33,567 bases of DNA from a virus (lineage: Duplodnaviria > Caudoviricetes). Position 1 is the first letter of the stretch; every line of letters begins with the position of its first letter. Positions 16,566 to 25,608 of this stretch are shown piece after piece. Under the pieces are notes generated by a model, which saw nothing but the letters and a program-made list of their open reading frames with translations, was not told where the DNA came from and did no database searches. The stretch is taken from positions 1-33,567 of IMG/VR virus record IMGVR_UViG_3300018876_001979, one strand, 5' to 3'. The translations under genes were made by a program, and so were the position numbers.

Positions 16566-19500
16566 GAAGGTAGATTGAGCTGTAAGACATGATCTGCAGT
16601 AGGACAGATAATATAAAAACATGATTGATTTTGTGCCAAGCGAATGCTGTGAATATTGTCAATCGCGTCATAAGTTCCAGCAACATCCTCTACAACCATT
16701 CCTGCAAATATTTCCTGTGCTGGATTTGGATTCGCTGTTGATAAGTCATATGGAGTTGTAAGATTCCATTGTTTGATAAAATCCATAGAGGAAAATGAAA
16801 ATGCTACAAAAGCTTGGAGTCCTGTATTTGAAAAAGTAATTCCTCGACAATCATCATTGGCCGGATCGGCCAACCCCAAATCTGTTAGTGGTACAATACT
16901 CGCATCCGCAACATTACTAATTGTAGTAAGGTCAAATGGAGTTGATAACGTAAATTGACTAATTGCTCCATAATTATCAGAGACTCTATTTTTCGTAACT
17001 AAATATATTTTAGTTCCGTCTGGGCTTATATCTATACCCGAAACATTAGAACTATTGAAATCATCAATTCTACCAGTAGTACTAGTTACTCCATAATGAG
17101 ATAGGTCTATTTCGCTACCTTTACCTGTTGCTGAACTTAAATCCCATGGTGTTCCTAAATCAATTCTTTTTATATAATGGTCAGTTGAGGTAGGGTTTGA
17201 CGATGATACATCTACTAAAAATATATAATTTCCATCGGCTGATGGGCATGCTGCATCGATGGCAGTAAAACCATAAGGGGATGCATTTATAGCGATCGAA
17301 GCATTGTCATATGACATTGTTCTAATATCATATGGAGTGCTCATAGCCATCTGAATTAAAGTATCTGCCGTTCTGCCAACCAAGAATGCTTTTGTTCCAG
17401 TATCGTTTGTCCAAAATGCAATAGGATTGGTTTCATTTATTGGAGATTGGGGGTTGCTGGTTATAAATTGAAAAGAGTAGTAATCAGGCATGTTTGATGT
17501 TACCCAAGGACTATCTAGTGGAATTTTGTGAATTGTGGAATTTGAACCGAGGCCCCCTGTATTTTCTGCCGCTGTGTTGTTACCGTCAATAATCATATAT
17601 ATATTGTTTCCAGATGAATCAAATGTCCAACCTTGCCAATATGTCACTGGCCCTTGTGTATATCCAGCCGTGTCATAAACGACTGGGCTGCCGCTGAGAA
17701 CAAATATTCTTGGGTCCATTCCAAATGAACCAATTTTTGCAAATCTATTACTGCTTTTTACTATTGTTGATATATCATATCCAGTTGTTAGTTCATAAGA
17801 ATGAATTCCGTCCAAGGTGGAATTTCCTATGAATAATCTAGTACCATCAGAATTGAATTCTATTCCTCTCGCTCCCATGGTTGTATATGACATGCCTTCC
17901 GCAGTTGTTAAACTCACAACAGTATCTGCAGCAACTGAAAAATCTAATGTCCAAGGAGTTGATAAGTTCCATTGCCAGAGCATATCTGTTGATGTGCCTG
18001 TCATATAAAATTTGGTTCCATCTGGGCTAAACTGAAGGCCTGTTATCCCTGGCTCTGCCAATGTTGTGGAATCGGGGTGTAAAAATCCTGTAGTTCCGTC
18101 ATAAGATGTTTCTATCTGTACAAATGTCATTGTACTTATATCGCCAGGAGTAGAAAGACTCCACTTACAAATTCGATCATTATTTGTGTCATAAATCCAA
18201 ACAGTAGATAGGTCGGGTTTCCATGTCCATGCGGCCAAACCCGACCCTTGATTTGCAGATATATCGATACTTTTAATTGGATATGGGCCATAATCAGCAC
18301 TACGCCTGAAAGTTCTAATATCATATGCAGTTTCTAATTCGAATTCTACTATTTCTGCATTACCAGAATTTCCTAAGTACATTTTAGTTCCATCAGAATT
18401 AAGTTTTATTAATCTTAAATTATCATATGAGGCGGAGTATAATTTAATATTCTTTAGTGTGTCTAATGTTACTGAACTCAAATCATCTTCTGCGGCAAGA
18501 TGCAACGTATTTAAAGTATCTTTGCTGCTATCAAATACTATGAGCGTGGAGTAATTTCCACCCCAGAAAATGTTCCAAGGCGCTAGGAAATGATTGGCAT
18601 CCAGTTCATATCTGGCCGAATAGGTTTGAGTTGTACTAATGTCATATGGTGTTAACACTGGATATCTATAAATCCAGTCGCTGCTAGTTCCTCTTAATGC
18701 TATATACCATGCCGATCCATCTGAGTTCCATATATTTACCGAATAAGAATTACTAGAGCTTGAGGATAGGCCATATTGTTTATCTGGAACTAAAGTAGTA
18801 ATATCCCAAGGAGTTGTCAATTCCATAGAATATAGTGTGTCGGGGGTTGCACTGTTCATATAATCCAGTCTAGTTCCATCAGATGAAAAATTCATGTTTA
18901 TATTCGCGTTTGCTGGTAATGCTGGACTCGTTGGTGAGTTTGCCGAATCAAACTTTATTAAATCTTCTAATGACCATGCAGTAGTTAGATCGAAAGATCT
19001 AATTATTTTTGGATCGCCATCAGTTGCCCAATAGAATCTTGTTCCATCTGCTTTGAAGGCAAAGGTTTCTGGCCCATTATCGGGGCCAAATGTTACCGTA
19101 GCTATACTGCTTGATTGAATTGCAGTAGACACATCCCATGGAGTAGAGAGACTATATTCTACAATCGCATTGGAGACTGGGCCGCCATGCCACATCTTAG
19201 TTCCATCTGGTTTGAAGAAAATTGTGCCGGTGGTCTCGCTCATTAAAAATGTGGATTGGCTCCTGAGCCCATGTCGAGAATAATTTGTTATAAGATTTGT
19301 GTCTGCTAGATTTATCGAAAATGTTAAAGAAAATGATATATCCTTGGTCTTTGTATATACTCCATCTGTTACAGTAAATGTTACGGTAAAATCTCCTTTA
19401 TCTGCTTCGCTGGTGCTTGGAGTTATAGTAAATACATTATCAGACTGAGATATCGTTGCAGTATTTCCTATACCAGATTCGCTATATGTCCATGTTAATG

Positions 19501-19849
19501 GAAATCCGTCTGGGTCAGTTGATATAAGAGTTAAAACTGTGGGCGTTCCAACATCACTAAGGAAATATGCATCATCAACACCAGAAATATCACTAATTGT
19601 ACTATTAGAAATTTGCGCTACATTCCACCATGCCGAGGATTTGTACATATATAAAAAATTTGTGGAAGATATAAGTGCCATATCTCCATCACTATTTCCG
19701 CTCATTGGTAAATTTTCGATAGATGTGTATACACTTACACCCCCACCACCACCGATTACACCAGAAGTGCCACTAGAATCAATCTGTGTGTCCAGTGATC
19801 CACCTTCCGACATTAATTGTGATAATTTTCTTGCTCTAGACGCCGGCAT
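16562..19849 (-). CDS. Virion fibre/adhesin-like protein with about 15 beta-propeller-type repeats
   Basis: N-terminal module shared with the other fibre genes (LPxSGNxxGDxA...LY...W; DPDG...FTITPST). Repeats of type FxxDGT(K/R)xY...xL(S/T)TPWD(I/L/V)ST. Confidence 0.7.
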   Translation of the reverse strand: MPASRARKLSQLMSEGGSLDTQIDSSGTSGVIGGGGGVSVYTSIENLPMSGNSDGDMALISSTNFLYMYKSSAWWNVAQISNSTISDISGVDDAYFLSDVGTPTVLTLISTDPDGFPLTWTYSESGIGNTATISQSDNVFTITPSTSEADKGDFTVTFTVTDGVYTKTKDISFSLTFSINLADTNLITNYSRHGLRSQSTFLMSETTGTIFFKPDGTKMWHGGPVSNAIVEYSLSTPWDVSTAIQSSSIATVTFGPDNGPETFAFKADGTRFYWATDGDPKIIRSFDLTTAWSLEDLIKFDSANSPTSPALPANANINMNFSSDGTRLDYMNSATPDTLYSMELTTPWDITTLVPDKQYGLSSSSSNSYSVNIWNSDGSAWYIALRGTSSDWIYRYPVLTPYDISTTQTYSARYELDANHFLAPWNIFWGGNYSTLIVFDSSKDTLNTLHLAAEDDLSSVTLDTLKNIKLYSASYDNLRLIKLNSDGTKMYLGNSGNAEIVEFELETAYDIRTFRRSADYGPYPIKSIDISANQGSGLAAWTWKPDLSTVWIYDTNNDRICKWSLSTPGDISTMTFVQIETSYDGTTGFLHPDSTTLAEPGITGLQFSPDGTKFYMTGTSTDMLWQWNLSTPWTLDFSVAADTVVSLTTAEGMSYTTMGARGIEFNSDGTRLFIGNSTLDGIHSYELTTGYDISTIVKSSNRFAKIGSFGMDPRIFVLSGSPVVYDTAGYTQGPVTYWQGWTFDSSGNNIYMIIDGNNTAAENTGGLGSNSTIHKIPLDSPWVTSNMPDYYSFQFITSNPQSPINETNPIAFWTNDTGTKAFLVGRTADTLIQMAMSTPYDIRTMSYDNASIAINASPYGFTAIDAACPSADGNYIFLVDVSSSNPTSTDHYIKRIDLGTPWDLSSATGKGSEIDLSHYGVTSTTGRIDDFNSSNVSGIDISPDGTKIYLVTKNRVSDNYGAISQFTLSTPFDLTTISNVADASIVPLTDLGLADPANDDCRGITFSNTGLQAFVAFSFSSMDFIKQWNLTTPYDLSTANPNPAQEIFAGMVVEDVAGTYDAIDNIHSIRLAQNQSCFYIICPTADHVLQLNLPS

Positions 19850-20290
19850 TTAAATTAAACCTTTTTCTTTTAGTTTCTCTCTATTTATCATATGAAGTTC
19901 TGTCAATTTATCTTTATTCTCTGCATTATAAGGAACTGCATGATGATTTTCTAACATTACTGTAGAAACACTCTTTGTTGAGAAATTATTTTTATCATCT
20001 TTGTGTTCTATGATAAAGTCTCCAAGAATTCTTCCAAACTTCCCTGTCTTGTCTTTTTGTGTTTTAATGATTTGCATTGATCCAATAGGAAGCAATCCCT
20101 TCAGATATTCCTTTGCAGCCAATCCAAATACTTTTTCTTCTTTGTCTCTTGTGCGTGATTCTGGAGTGTCTATTCCAACAATACGAACACGCTCTTTGTG
20201 CATCCATACGCCAAACCCTAAATCGATGTCAACATCTACTGTATCACCATCAACAATTCTTAAAATTTTACATTTATATTCATATGCCAT
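19850..20290 (-). CDS. Thermonuclease (SNase-fold)-like nuclease
   Basis: IVDGDTVDVDIDLGF, RVRIVGIDTPESRTRD, GKFGRILG. Confidence 0.85.
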   Translation of the reverse strand: MAYEYKCKILRIVDGDTVDVDIDLGFGVWMHKERVRIVGIDTPESRTRDKEEKVFGLAAKEYLKGLLPIGSMQIIKTQKDKTGKFGRILGDFIIEHKDDKNNFSTKSVSTVMLENHHAVPYNAENKDKLTELHMINREKLKEKGLI

Positions 20291-20326
20291 TTTTATTCCT
20301 CTAAATTGAACATCTCCATGAGAACT

Positions 20327-20362
20327 AACTGGAAAGAAATCTACGGATTGATTACTGGTTAA
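20327..20362. repeat. 36-bp direct repeat, copy 2 (duplicate of the HAD gene 3' end)
   Basis: Identical to 16530-16565. Flanking bases differ on both sides. Confidence 0.95.
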
Positions 20363-22086
20363 CTACCCGACACCCATATACTTAATACATGATCTGATGC
20401 CCAAGGAATATCTTCACTCGTACCTGGCTGCGATTTCCATGAACCAACATTAGAATAACCATAACTGGTGCTGTTCCTATAACCGATATTTGGACGAAAT
20501 GTACTCGCGCCACTTGGGCCATGATAACCAGTGGCAATATGCCATTCATCGCTATTTACATTACCGCCGCGATTGTTCATAGAAATATATGGCTTAAATG
20601 TAGATCCACTTGTTATTTGCCAATGATCTCTATTTTGACCAGACGAATAAGTACCATCTTCCCAATTTACAGCCGGCGCCAATCCCATCCAATAGTTATG
20701 AAAGGCAGTTTTCAAAGCTGTATTTGGCATGTGTGCTGGAGTATTTAATGGGTATATCGTATTTCCTTCAGCGTCTTGTTGTGTTACATTAGAATTGGCC
20801 GCAACTCCATCTGCAGTTTTTGAACTTTTTGCAGTAATTAAAACTCCATCACATGTAAATGCAGGCCCAAATAATAAAACCCCCACATCTTTTGCATAAT
20901 CTAATCCACTTGATGTATTTGCAATCCCACCTAAAGAACCTTGTGCATTTCTATTTCTTAAACCATACTCTGAACCATAATTTATAGAACCATTCCATCC
21001 AGTATTTGATGAGCCGGTAACAAGAAAATGAGTATCTATGCCGGTGTTCCACGGCCAATTCAGATTCGACCCATTATATGGATCACCATCGGCAAAAAAT
21101 GCCATTTCAAACCATCCCTTGCCACCATAAGATGCATACCTAACTTGAAATACATTTCCACCAGCAATATCGTCATGTTGAAAATTCACCAAACCATCAG
21201 GCGAATTAGCATTATATGGCTGTGATGGATTTGAATAGTTCGCAATTAAAGATACCGTTGTACTCTTTTTTATTGTTGATATTCCATCATTTGCTTTTGA
21301 TCTAAAAATAAAACTACCTGCATTACTAATATCTGTTGTTGGCGTAAAAGTATATGATCCATCGTTGTTATCTACAATCGATGCTTGAACAGGATTCGCT
21401 GGATTAGTATCATATGAATAAGTTACTGGAAAAGAATCTGGGTCAACAGCAACACCAGTAAGAGTACTTGTGGTGCCGTCTAAATTTAATACATGCTCAT
21501 CGGGTGGTTCAGTAGTCCATTCTATACTTTCTTGTGCTCCAGAATATATTCTATCCCATTCAGAACCATCCCACACATATAATGTATTGGTGTCCTGAGC
21601 AAATGCCAAATCTCCTTCTGAATTTCCTGAAGAGGGAAACGCTGCAGTGTTGGCGTAAGAAGTTGTTGCTCCAGCACTGCTATTGTTTGTAACATATGTC
21701 TGTACATAAGATTCAGTTGCCATTGGATCTGAAATATCTTGTCTTATTAAATTTGACGCTGTTGGTTGATGAAAAACAATATCAACTTCATCTGAAAGTG
21801 TTAGTGCAGTATCAAAAGTTATTGAGGTTCCATTTGTAGCTGTCACATCTTGAGGATTTAACATGACACCGTTTACCGATACAATCACAGCAGCTGATGG
21901 ATCATAACTCACATTATGAACCGTTTGTCCTGCTGTCGCAACAAATGTAGAACGAGATGTAGAAGCAACAATCTGATCTTGTTTTTTAAGCAACCAATAT
22001 CCTCTGGTCGAATCAAAAACAAAGATTTGTCCATTTTCTGTATGAGTTTGTCCATTCACAGGACTTGCTGGAAATGTTATGGCCAT
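20359..22086 (-). CDS. Virion fibre/tail-associated protein
   Basis: MAITFPASPVNGQTH N-terminus, FVATAGQT...VSVNGVML...ATNGTSITF module, shared FPSSGNSEGDLAF...LYVWDGSEW and DPD Ig-like module, unique C-terminal domain. Late promoter upstream. Confidence 0.7.
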   Translation of the reverse strand: MAITFPASPVNGQTHTENGQIFVFDSTRGYWLLKKQDQIVASTSRSTFVATAGQTVHNVSYDPSAAVIVSVNGVMLNPQDVTATNGTSITFDTALTLSDEVDIVFHQPTASNLIRQDISDPMATESYVQTYVTNNSSAGATTSYANTAAFPSSGNSEGDLAFAQDTNTLYVWDGSEWDRIYSGAQESIEWTTEPPDEHVLNLDGTTSTLTGVAVDPDSFPVTYSYDTNPANPVQASIVDNNDGSYTFTPTTDISNAGSFIFRSKANDGISTIKKSTTVSLIANYSNPSQPYNANSPDGLVNFQHDDIAGGNVFQVRYASYGGKGWFEMAFFADGDPYNGSNLNWPWNTGIDTHFLVTGSSNTGWNGSINYGSEYGLRNRNAQGSLGGIANTSSGLDYAKDVGVLLFGPAFTCDGVLITAKSSKTADGVAANSNVTQQDAEGNTIYPLNTPAHMPNTALKTAFHNYWMGLAPAVNWEDGTYSSGQNRDHWQITSGSTFKPYISMNNRGGNVNSDEWHIATGYHGPSGASTFRPNIGYRNSTSYGYSNVGSWKSQPGTSEDIPWASDHVLSIWVSGS

Positions 22087-22112
22087 GACTTACCTTTATA
22101 ATGTGTTCGTTC

Positions 22113-22126
22113 TATTTATATAAATA
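22113..22126. promoter_or_regulatory. Overlapping divergent T4-type late promoters
   Basis: Perfect palindrome TATTTATATAAATA gives TATAAATA on minus (22113-22120) and on plus (22119-22126), between divergent genes. Confidence 0.8.
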
Positions 22127-22157
22127 AAACATACTAATATTTTTAGTGGAGAACTAA

Positions 22158-23420
22158 ATGATACTATCTATAACTTTATTAATAGTTGCGATTGCTTTAT
22201 CCGTAGTTGCCGCATATTATTCTATTGCCGGCCTGATCACAATTTTTGCTGCGGCAGTGATTCCTGTCATTGTTATGGCATCTGTTTTGGAAGTCGCCAA
22301 GGTTTTAACTGCTGCATGGTTATCGCATAATTGGAAGAGAGTTAACTTTTTCCTTAAAACATACTTGACATTCTCAGTCGTAGTACTTATGTTAATAACC
22401 AGTCTTGGAATATTTGGATTTCTATCAAAGGCACATATCGAACAGACTTCTAGTGGTAAAGAGAATGTTGCACAAATAGAAATCACTGAAAAAAGAATAA
22501 CTCGGCTCGAAGAGGATATCGTTGATTTTGAGAATCAAATAGAAAAAATAGAAAATTCAAATGTCTCTAAAAATAAAGATATTGCAAAAGAGATAGAAAA
22601 AGAAGAACAGAGAATTGAAGATGCGCTTGCAAATTATCAAAGACTTGTGGATGAACAGAACGAAATTATAACAGCATCTACAAAGAAACTGGATTTAATC
22701 GACAGGTATTTAGAAGAACAAAACATTAAAGCTTTACAAACTTTGGTGGGAACTACTCCAGATGGACAATATGGAAAGAATACTGCTAAAAAAGTTACTG
22801 AATTTAGAGAAAAAGAGGAACAGAAAGCAGAAGAAGTTGTTACATCCGCTAGACAAAGAATTAATGAATTGCGTGATAATCAGAGTGAAGAGAGAAGATT
22901 GAGTAATGATCTGATTGATAGACTGAGAAAACAGATAAGTTTAGATGATTTGGATGAGGATGACAAGGCTAGAATTTCAAACATCAAGAAAAACATATTG
23001 TCATCAGAAGAAGAACTTACTGTTTTGAATAATATAAAGTTTGAATTCGAAAAAGAAGTGAGAAAATTAGAAGCAGAAGTCGGCCCAGTAAAATATGTTG
23101 CGGAAGTTCTTTATAGTGATGTTGATGAAAATGTTTTAGAAGATGCAGTCAGATTTGTAATTCTTTGCTTAATTTTCGTTTTTGATCCACTTGCAATACT
23201 TTTAGTTATTGCCAGTTCGTCTTCTATATGGTATTATAGAGGAATCAATAAAGGAGAGAATCTAACCCATCTGACAGAAGAAGATTTTAAAAAAGACCAA
23301 GCTATCCCACCATATGGTATGGATATGATGGAAGACAAAGTAAAAAAAAAGCCAAACCTCAATGATACAATTGAGAACTGGACAAACGAAAAGGTTGAAA
23401 ACCACGATAGATTAGAATAG
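22158..23420 (+). CDS. Membrane protein with long coiled coil and a peptidoglycan-binding-like motif
   Basis: Three to four N-terminal TM segments, about 240 aa of heptads containing IKALQTLVGTTPDGQYGKNT, C-terminal TM FVILCLIFVFDPLAILLVIA. Confidence 0.7.
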   Translation: MILSITLLIVAIALSVVAAYYSIAGLITIFAAAVIPVIVMASVLEVAKVLTAAWLSHNWKRVNFFLKTYLTFSVVVLMLITSLGIFGFLSKAHIEQTSSGKENVAQIEITEKRITRLEEDIVDFENQIEKIENSNVSKNKDIAKEIEKEEQRIEDALANYQRLVDEQNEIITASTKKLDLIDRYLEEQNIKALQTLVGTTPDGQYGKNTAKKVTEFREKEEQKAEEVVTSARQRINELRDNQSEERRLSNDLIDRLRKQISLDDLDEDDKARISNIKKNILSSEEELTVLNNIKFEFEKEVRKLEAEVGPVKYVAEVLYSDVDENVLEDAVRFVILCLIFVFDPLAILLVIASSSSIWYYRGINKGENLTHLTEEDFKKDQAIPPYGMDMMEDKVKKKPNLNDTIENWTNEKVENHDRLE

Positions 23421-23430
23421 GAGTATCGTA

Positions 23431-24141
23431 TTGGGAAAAGTTAAGTTAGTTAGTTATACCAAATCGGCAGAAGATTTGGATGAACAGGGCGTGGAGACAT
23501 TACAAGATTTGGTAGCATACTGCGCCAAAGTGTCTAATCCTTCGAGTCAAATAAACAAAAAAACAAGTGAAAAACTTATCAAATATTTGATCAAACATGC
23601 ACATTGGTCACCCTTGGAAATGGTTGATGTGACAATGGAAATAGAAACCACTAGAGATATTGCACATCAAATGGTTCGCCATCGCAGTTTTTCTTTTCAA
23701 GAATTTAGTCAAAGATATGCAGAACCCAAAGAGATGGGAGAAATGTTTGTAAAGAGGGAATGTAGATTACAGGACACTACAAATAGACAGAATTCTATTG
23801 AAATTGAAACTGATCCAAGTCTTGTGCAAAATATTAGCCATCAGGAATTAATTGCAGAATGGAATAGAAGACAATCTGGCGTTATTGAAACCGCACGAAA
23901 GGCATATGAATGGGCGATTGAAAGTGGTATTGCAAAAGAACAAGCTAGGGTTTTGCTTCCAGAAGGATTGACAAAGACTAGATTATATATGAAAGGTAGT
24001 ATGCGTAGTTGGTTGCACTATATTGAATTGAGAAGCGCAAATGGTACGCAGAAAGAACATATGACAATTGCAAAAGAGTGTGCAGAAATTGTTTCTGAGA
24101 TATTTCCTATGATATGGACAATCAAAGGCATAGAAAAGTAA
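23431..24141 (+). CDS. thyX: FAD-dependent thymidylate synthase
   Basis: HWSPLEM, signature RHRSFSFQEFSQRY, KEQARVLLP, RSWLHYIELR...TQKEH. TTG start after AGGAG. Confidence 0.95.
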   Translation: MGKVKLVSYTKSAEDLDEQGVETLQDLVAYCAKVSNPSSQINKKTSEKLIKYLIKHAHWSPLEMVDVTMEIETTRDIAHQMVRHRSFSFQEFSQRYAEPKEMGEMFVKRECRLQDTTNRQNSIEIETDPSLVQNISHQELIAEWNRRQSGVIETARKAYEWAIESGIAKEQARVLLPEGLTKTRLYMKGSMRSWLHYIELRSANGTQKEHMTIAKECAEIVSEIFPMIWTIKGIEK

Positions 24142-24147
24142 ATTCAG

Positions 24148-24187
24148 CCTCTCTTTTTCTGTTTTTTTATAAATAGGGGAAGAGAGG
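24148..24187 (+). promoter_or_regulatory. Late promoter TATAAATA (24168-24175) embedded in an SD-sequestering hairpin
   Basis: 24148-24164 can pair with 24171-24187 (17 bp, four G-U). The 3' arm holds the GAGAGG SD of the ATG at 24195. Confidence 0.7.
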
Positions 24188-24194
24188 AATAATT

Positions 24195-24482
24195 ATGGAT
24201 TTTCTTAGTTTAGTAGGTGACGTAGGTTTCCCGATAGCATCAGCTCTTGCTGGTGGTTTTTTCGTTTTTCTAACACTAAAATTCATCTTGGCTGGTGTCT
24301 TAGACGATATCCGCACCCAAAGAGGATTCGTAAAGTCTCTTGATAATAGAGTAAAAACGATGAACAACGAACTTTTGAGAATAGATATATTGATGTGTCG
24401 TTCATTCAACATTCCATTACTGCCCGCTGATTTGAATCGAATTTCTAGGGCAGATGGACAAAAGGATGCTAGAAAGGATTAA
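24195..24482 (+). CDS. Small membrane protein (YvrJ/holin-like GFPI helix), paralogue of 24851-25144
   Basis: VGFPIASALAGGFFVF TM segment, then LDNRVKTMNNELLRID. Confidence 0.7.
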   Translation: MDFLSLVGDVGFPIASALAGGFFVFLTLKFILAGVLDDIRTQRGFVKSLDNRVKTMNNELLRIDILMCRSFNIPLLPADLNRISRADGQKDARKD

Positions 24483-24484
24483 AC

Positions 24485-24664
24485 ATGTTGTGGAAAGATT
24501 TACTATTAATGAAATTTCAAAATGGTTTTCGCATTTTGACAAATAAAGATCCAGATGATAAATTTTTTGTTATTGATGATGTAGAATTACAAATAGGTGA
24601 TATATACAAAGTCGGGCCAAATGGATACTTCGAAAAGATTGGTGCTGAAAATGCTTTGGATTGA
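24485..24664 (+). CDS. Small hypothetical protein (59 aa, not in ORF track), paralogue of 24651-24851
   Basis: AAGGA SD. Translates MLWKDLLLMKFQNGFRILTNKDPDDKFFVIDDVELQIGDIYKVGPNGYFEKIGAENALD. Confidence 0.7.
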   Translation: MLWKDLLLMKFQNGFRILTNKDPDDKFFVIDDVELQIGDIYKVGPNGYFEKIGAENALD

Positions 24665-24851
24665 ATATGCAATAGAACAGGCAGGTAGAAACTGGAAAGT
24701 GAAAGGCGATTGGCCAGGAGAGGTTATGGGATTGGACAGCCAAGGCAATTCCAAAGAACATTATCTTTATAAGCCAGGCGATGTTTTCAGAGTTAATGAT
24801 GACGGATGGTTAGTAAAAGTCATGGATGAAAATGGAGCTGTGAAAGACTAA
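24651..24851 (+). CDS. Small hypothetical protein (66 aa), paralogue of 24485-24664
   Basis: Probable start ATG 24651 (MLWIEY...). C-terminal YKPGDVFRVNDDGWLVKV aligns with LQIGDIYKVGPNGYFEKI. Confidence 0.7.
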   Translation: MLWIEYAIEQAGRNWKVKGDWPGEVMGLDSQGNSKEHYLYKPGDVFRVNDDGWLVKVMDENGAVKD

Positions 24852-25144
24852 TGGAAGAATTTGATATTGCTGCTGCAATTGGGCAATATGGATTTCCTAT
24901 TATTGCAGCATTAGGCCTTGGCTATTTCATATTTTACATTTGGAATTGGGTGACTCAAGAAGTCGATCCAGTCATAGAAGAATCTCATATGACATTAATT
25001 GGATTAATTGATAGAGTGCGTATGTTGGATAATGACCTTATAAGACTTAATACAAAACTGAATATGATACTCGCTCAGCAAGGAACTGAAATTCCTAAAG
25101 ACGATGAAGTAGAACAGATAATTAAAAGTCAGAAAGAAAAATAA
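24851..25144 (+). CDS. Small membrane protein, paralogue of 24195-24482
   Basis: YGFPIIAALGLGYFIF TM segment, then LIDRVRMLDNDLIRLN. Confidence 0.7.
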   Translation: MEEFDIAAAIGQYGFPIIAALGLGYFIFYIWNWVTQEVDPVIEESHMTLIGLIDRVRMLDNDLIRLNTKLNMILAQQGTEIPKDDEVEQIIKSQKEK

Positions 25145-25146
25145 AA

Positions 25147-25608
25147 ATGAAATATTTTATATTTACCATATTTTTACTTTTGCCAATATCAATCAACGCA
25201 TCAGAGATGACATGGGGATTTAAAAATCCAGCATTCCATTATGGAAATGGATATTCGACTCATGTTTTGAGTGTAGAACAGTTGGGGCACAATCGTAAAG
25301 AAGACATAAGAAAAGAAGCAGAATCTGAAGCTGCAAGAATTGAGAGAGAACTAGAAAATTCTACTCTCAATAAGTTTATTCGTAATATCGAATCTAGAAT
25401 TTATGCTCAATTATCAAAACAGATGGTTGATTCTATGTTTGCAGATTGTATAGACACTTGTTCTAATACAGGAACTGCAGAAATTGAAGGATCTACAATT
25501 AATTGGGAAAAAGACACTGCTACAGATGAAATAACATTGACTATCACTACTGAAGATGGAACAGTTACAACTATCACTGTGCCCGGCGGTGGAGAGTTTG
25601 GATTCTAA
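25147..25608 (+). CDS. csgF: Curli assembly protein CsgF-like
   Basis: Signal peptide, mature N-terminus SEMTWGFKNPAF..GNG (CsgF F.NP.FGG-like CsgG-binding segment), FIRNIESRIYAQLS, C-terminal ITLTIT..DGTVTTITVP. Directly before csgG. Confidence 0.85.
   Translation: MKYFIFTIFLLLPISINASEMTWGFKNPAFHYGNGYSTHVLSVEQLGHNRKEDIRKEAESEAARIERELENSTLNKFIRNIESRIYAQLSKQMVDSMFADCIDTCSNTGTAEIEGSTINWEKDTATDEITLTITTEDGTVTTITVPGGGEFGF

Noticed and set aside
16530-20362. 36-bp repeat as a CRISPR array or an integrase attL/attR pair
   Set aside because: Only two copies 3.8 kb apart, no spacers or cas genes, and no recombinase in the window. Kept only as a direct repeat.
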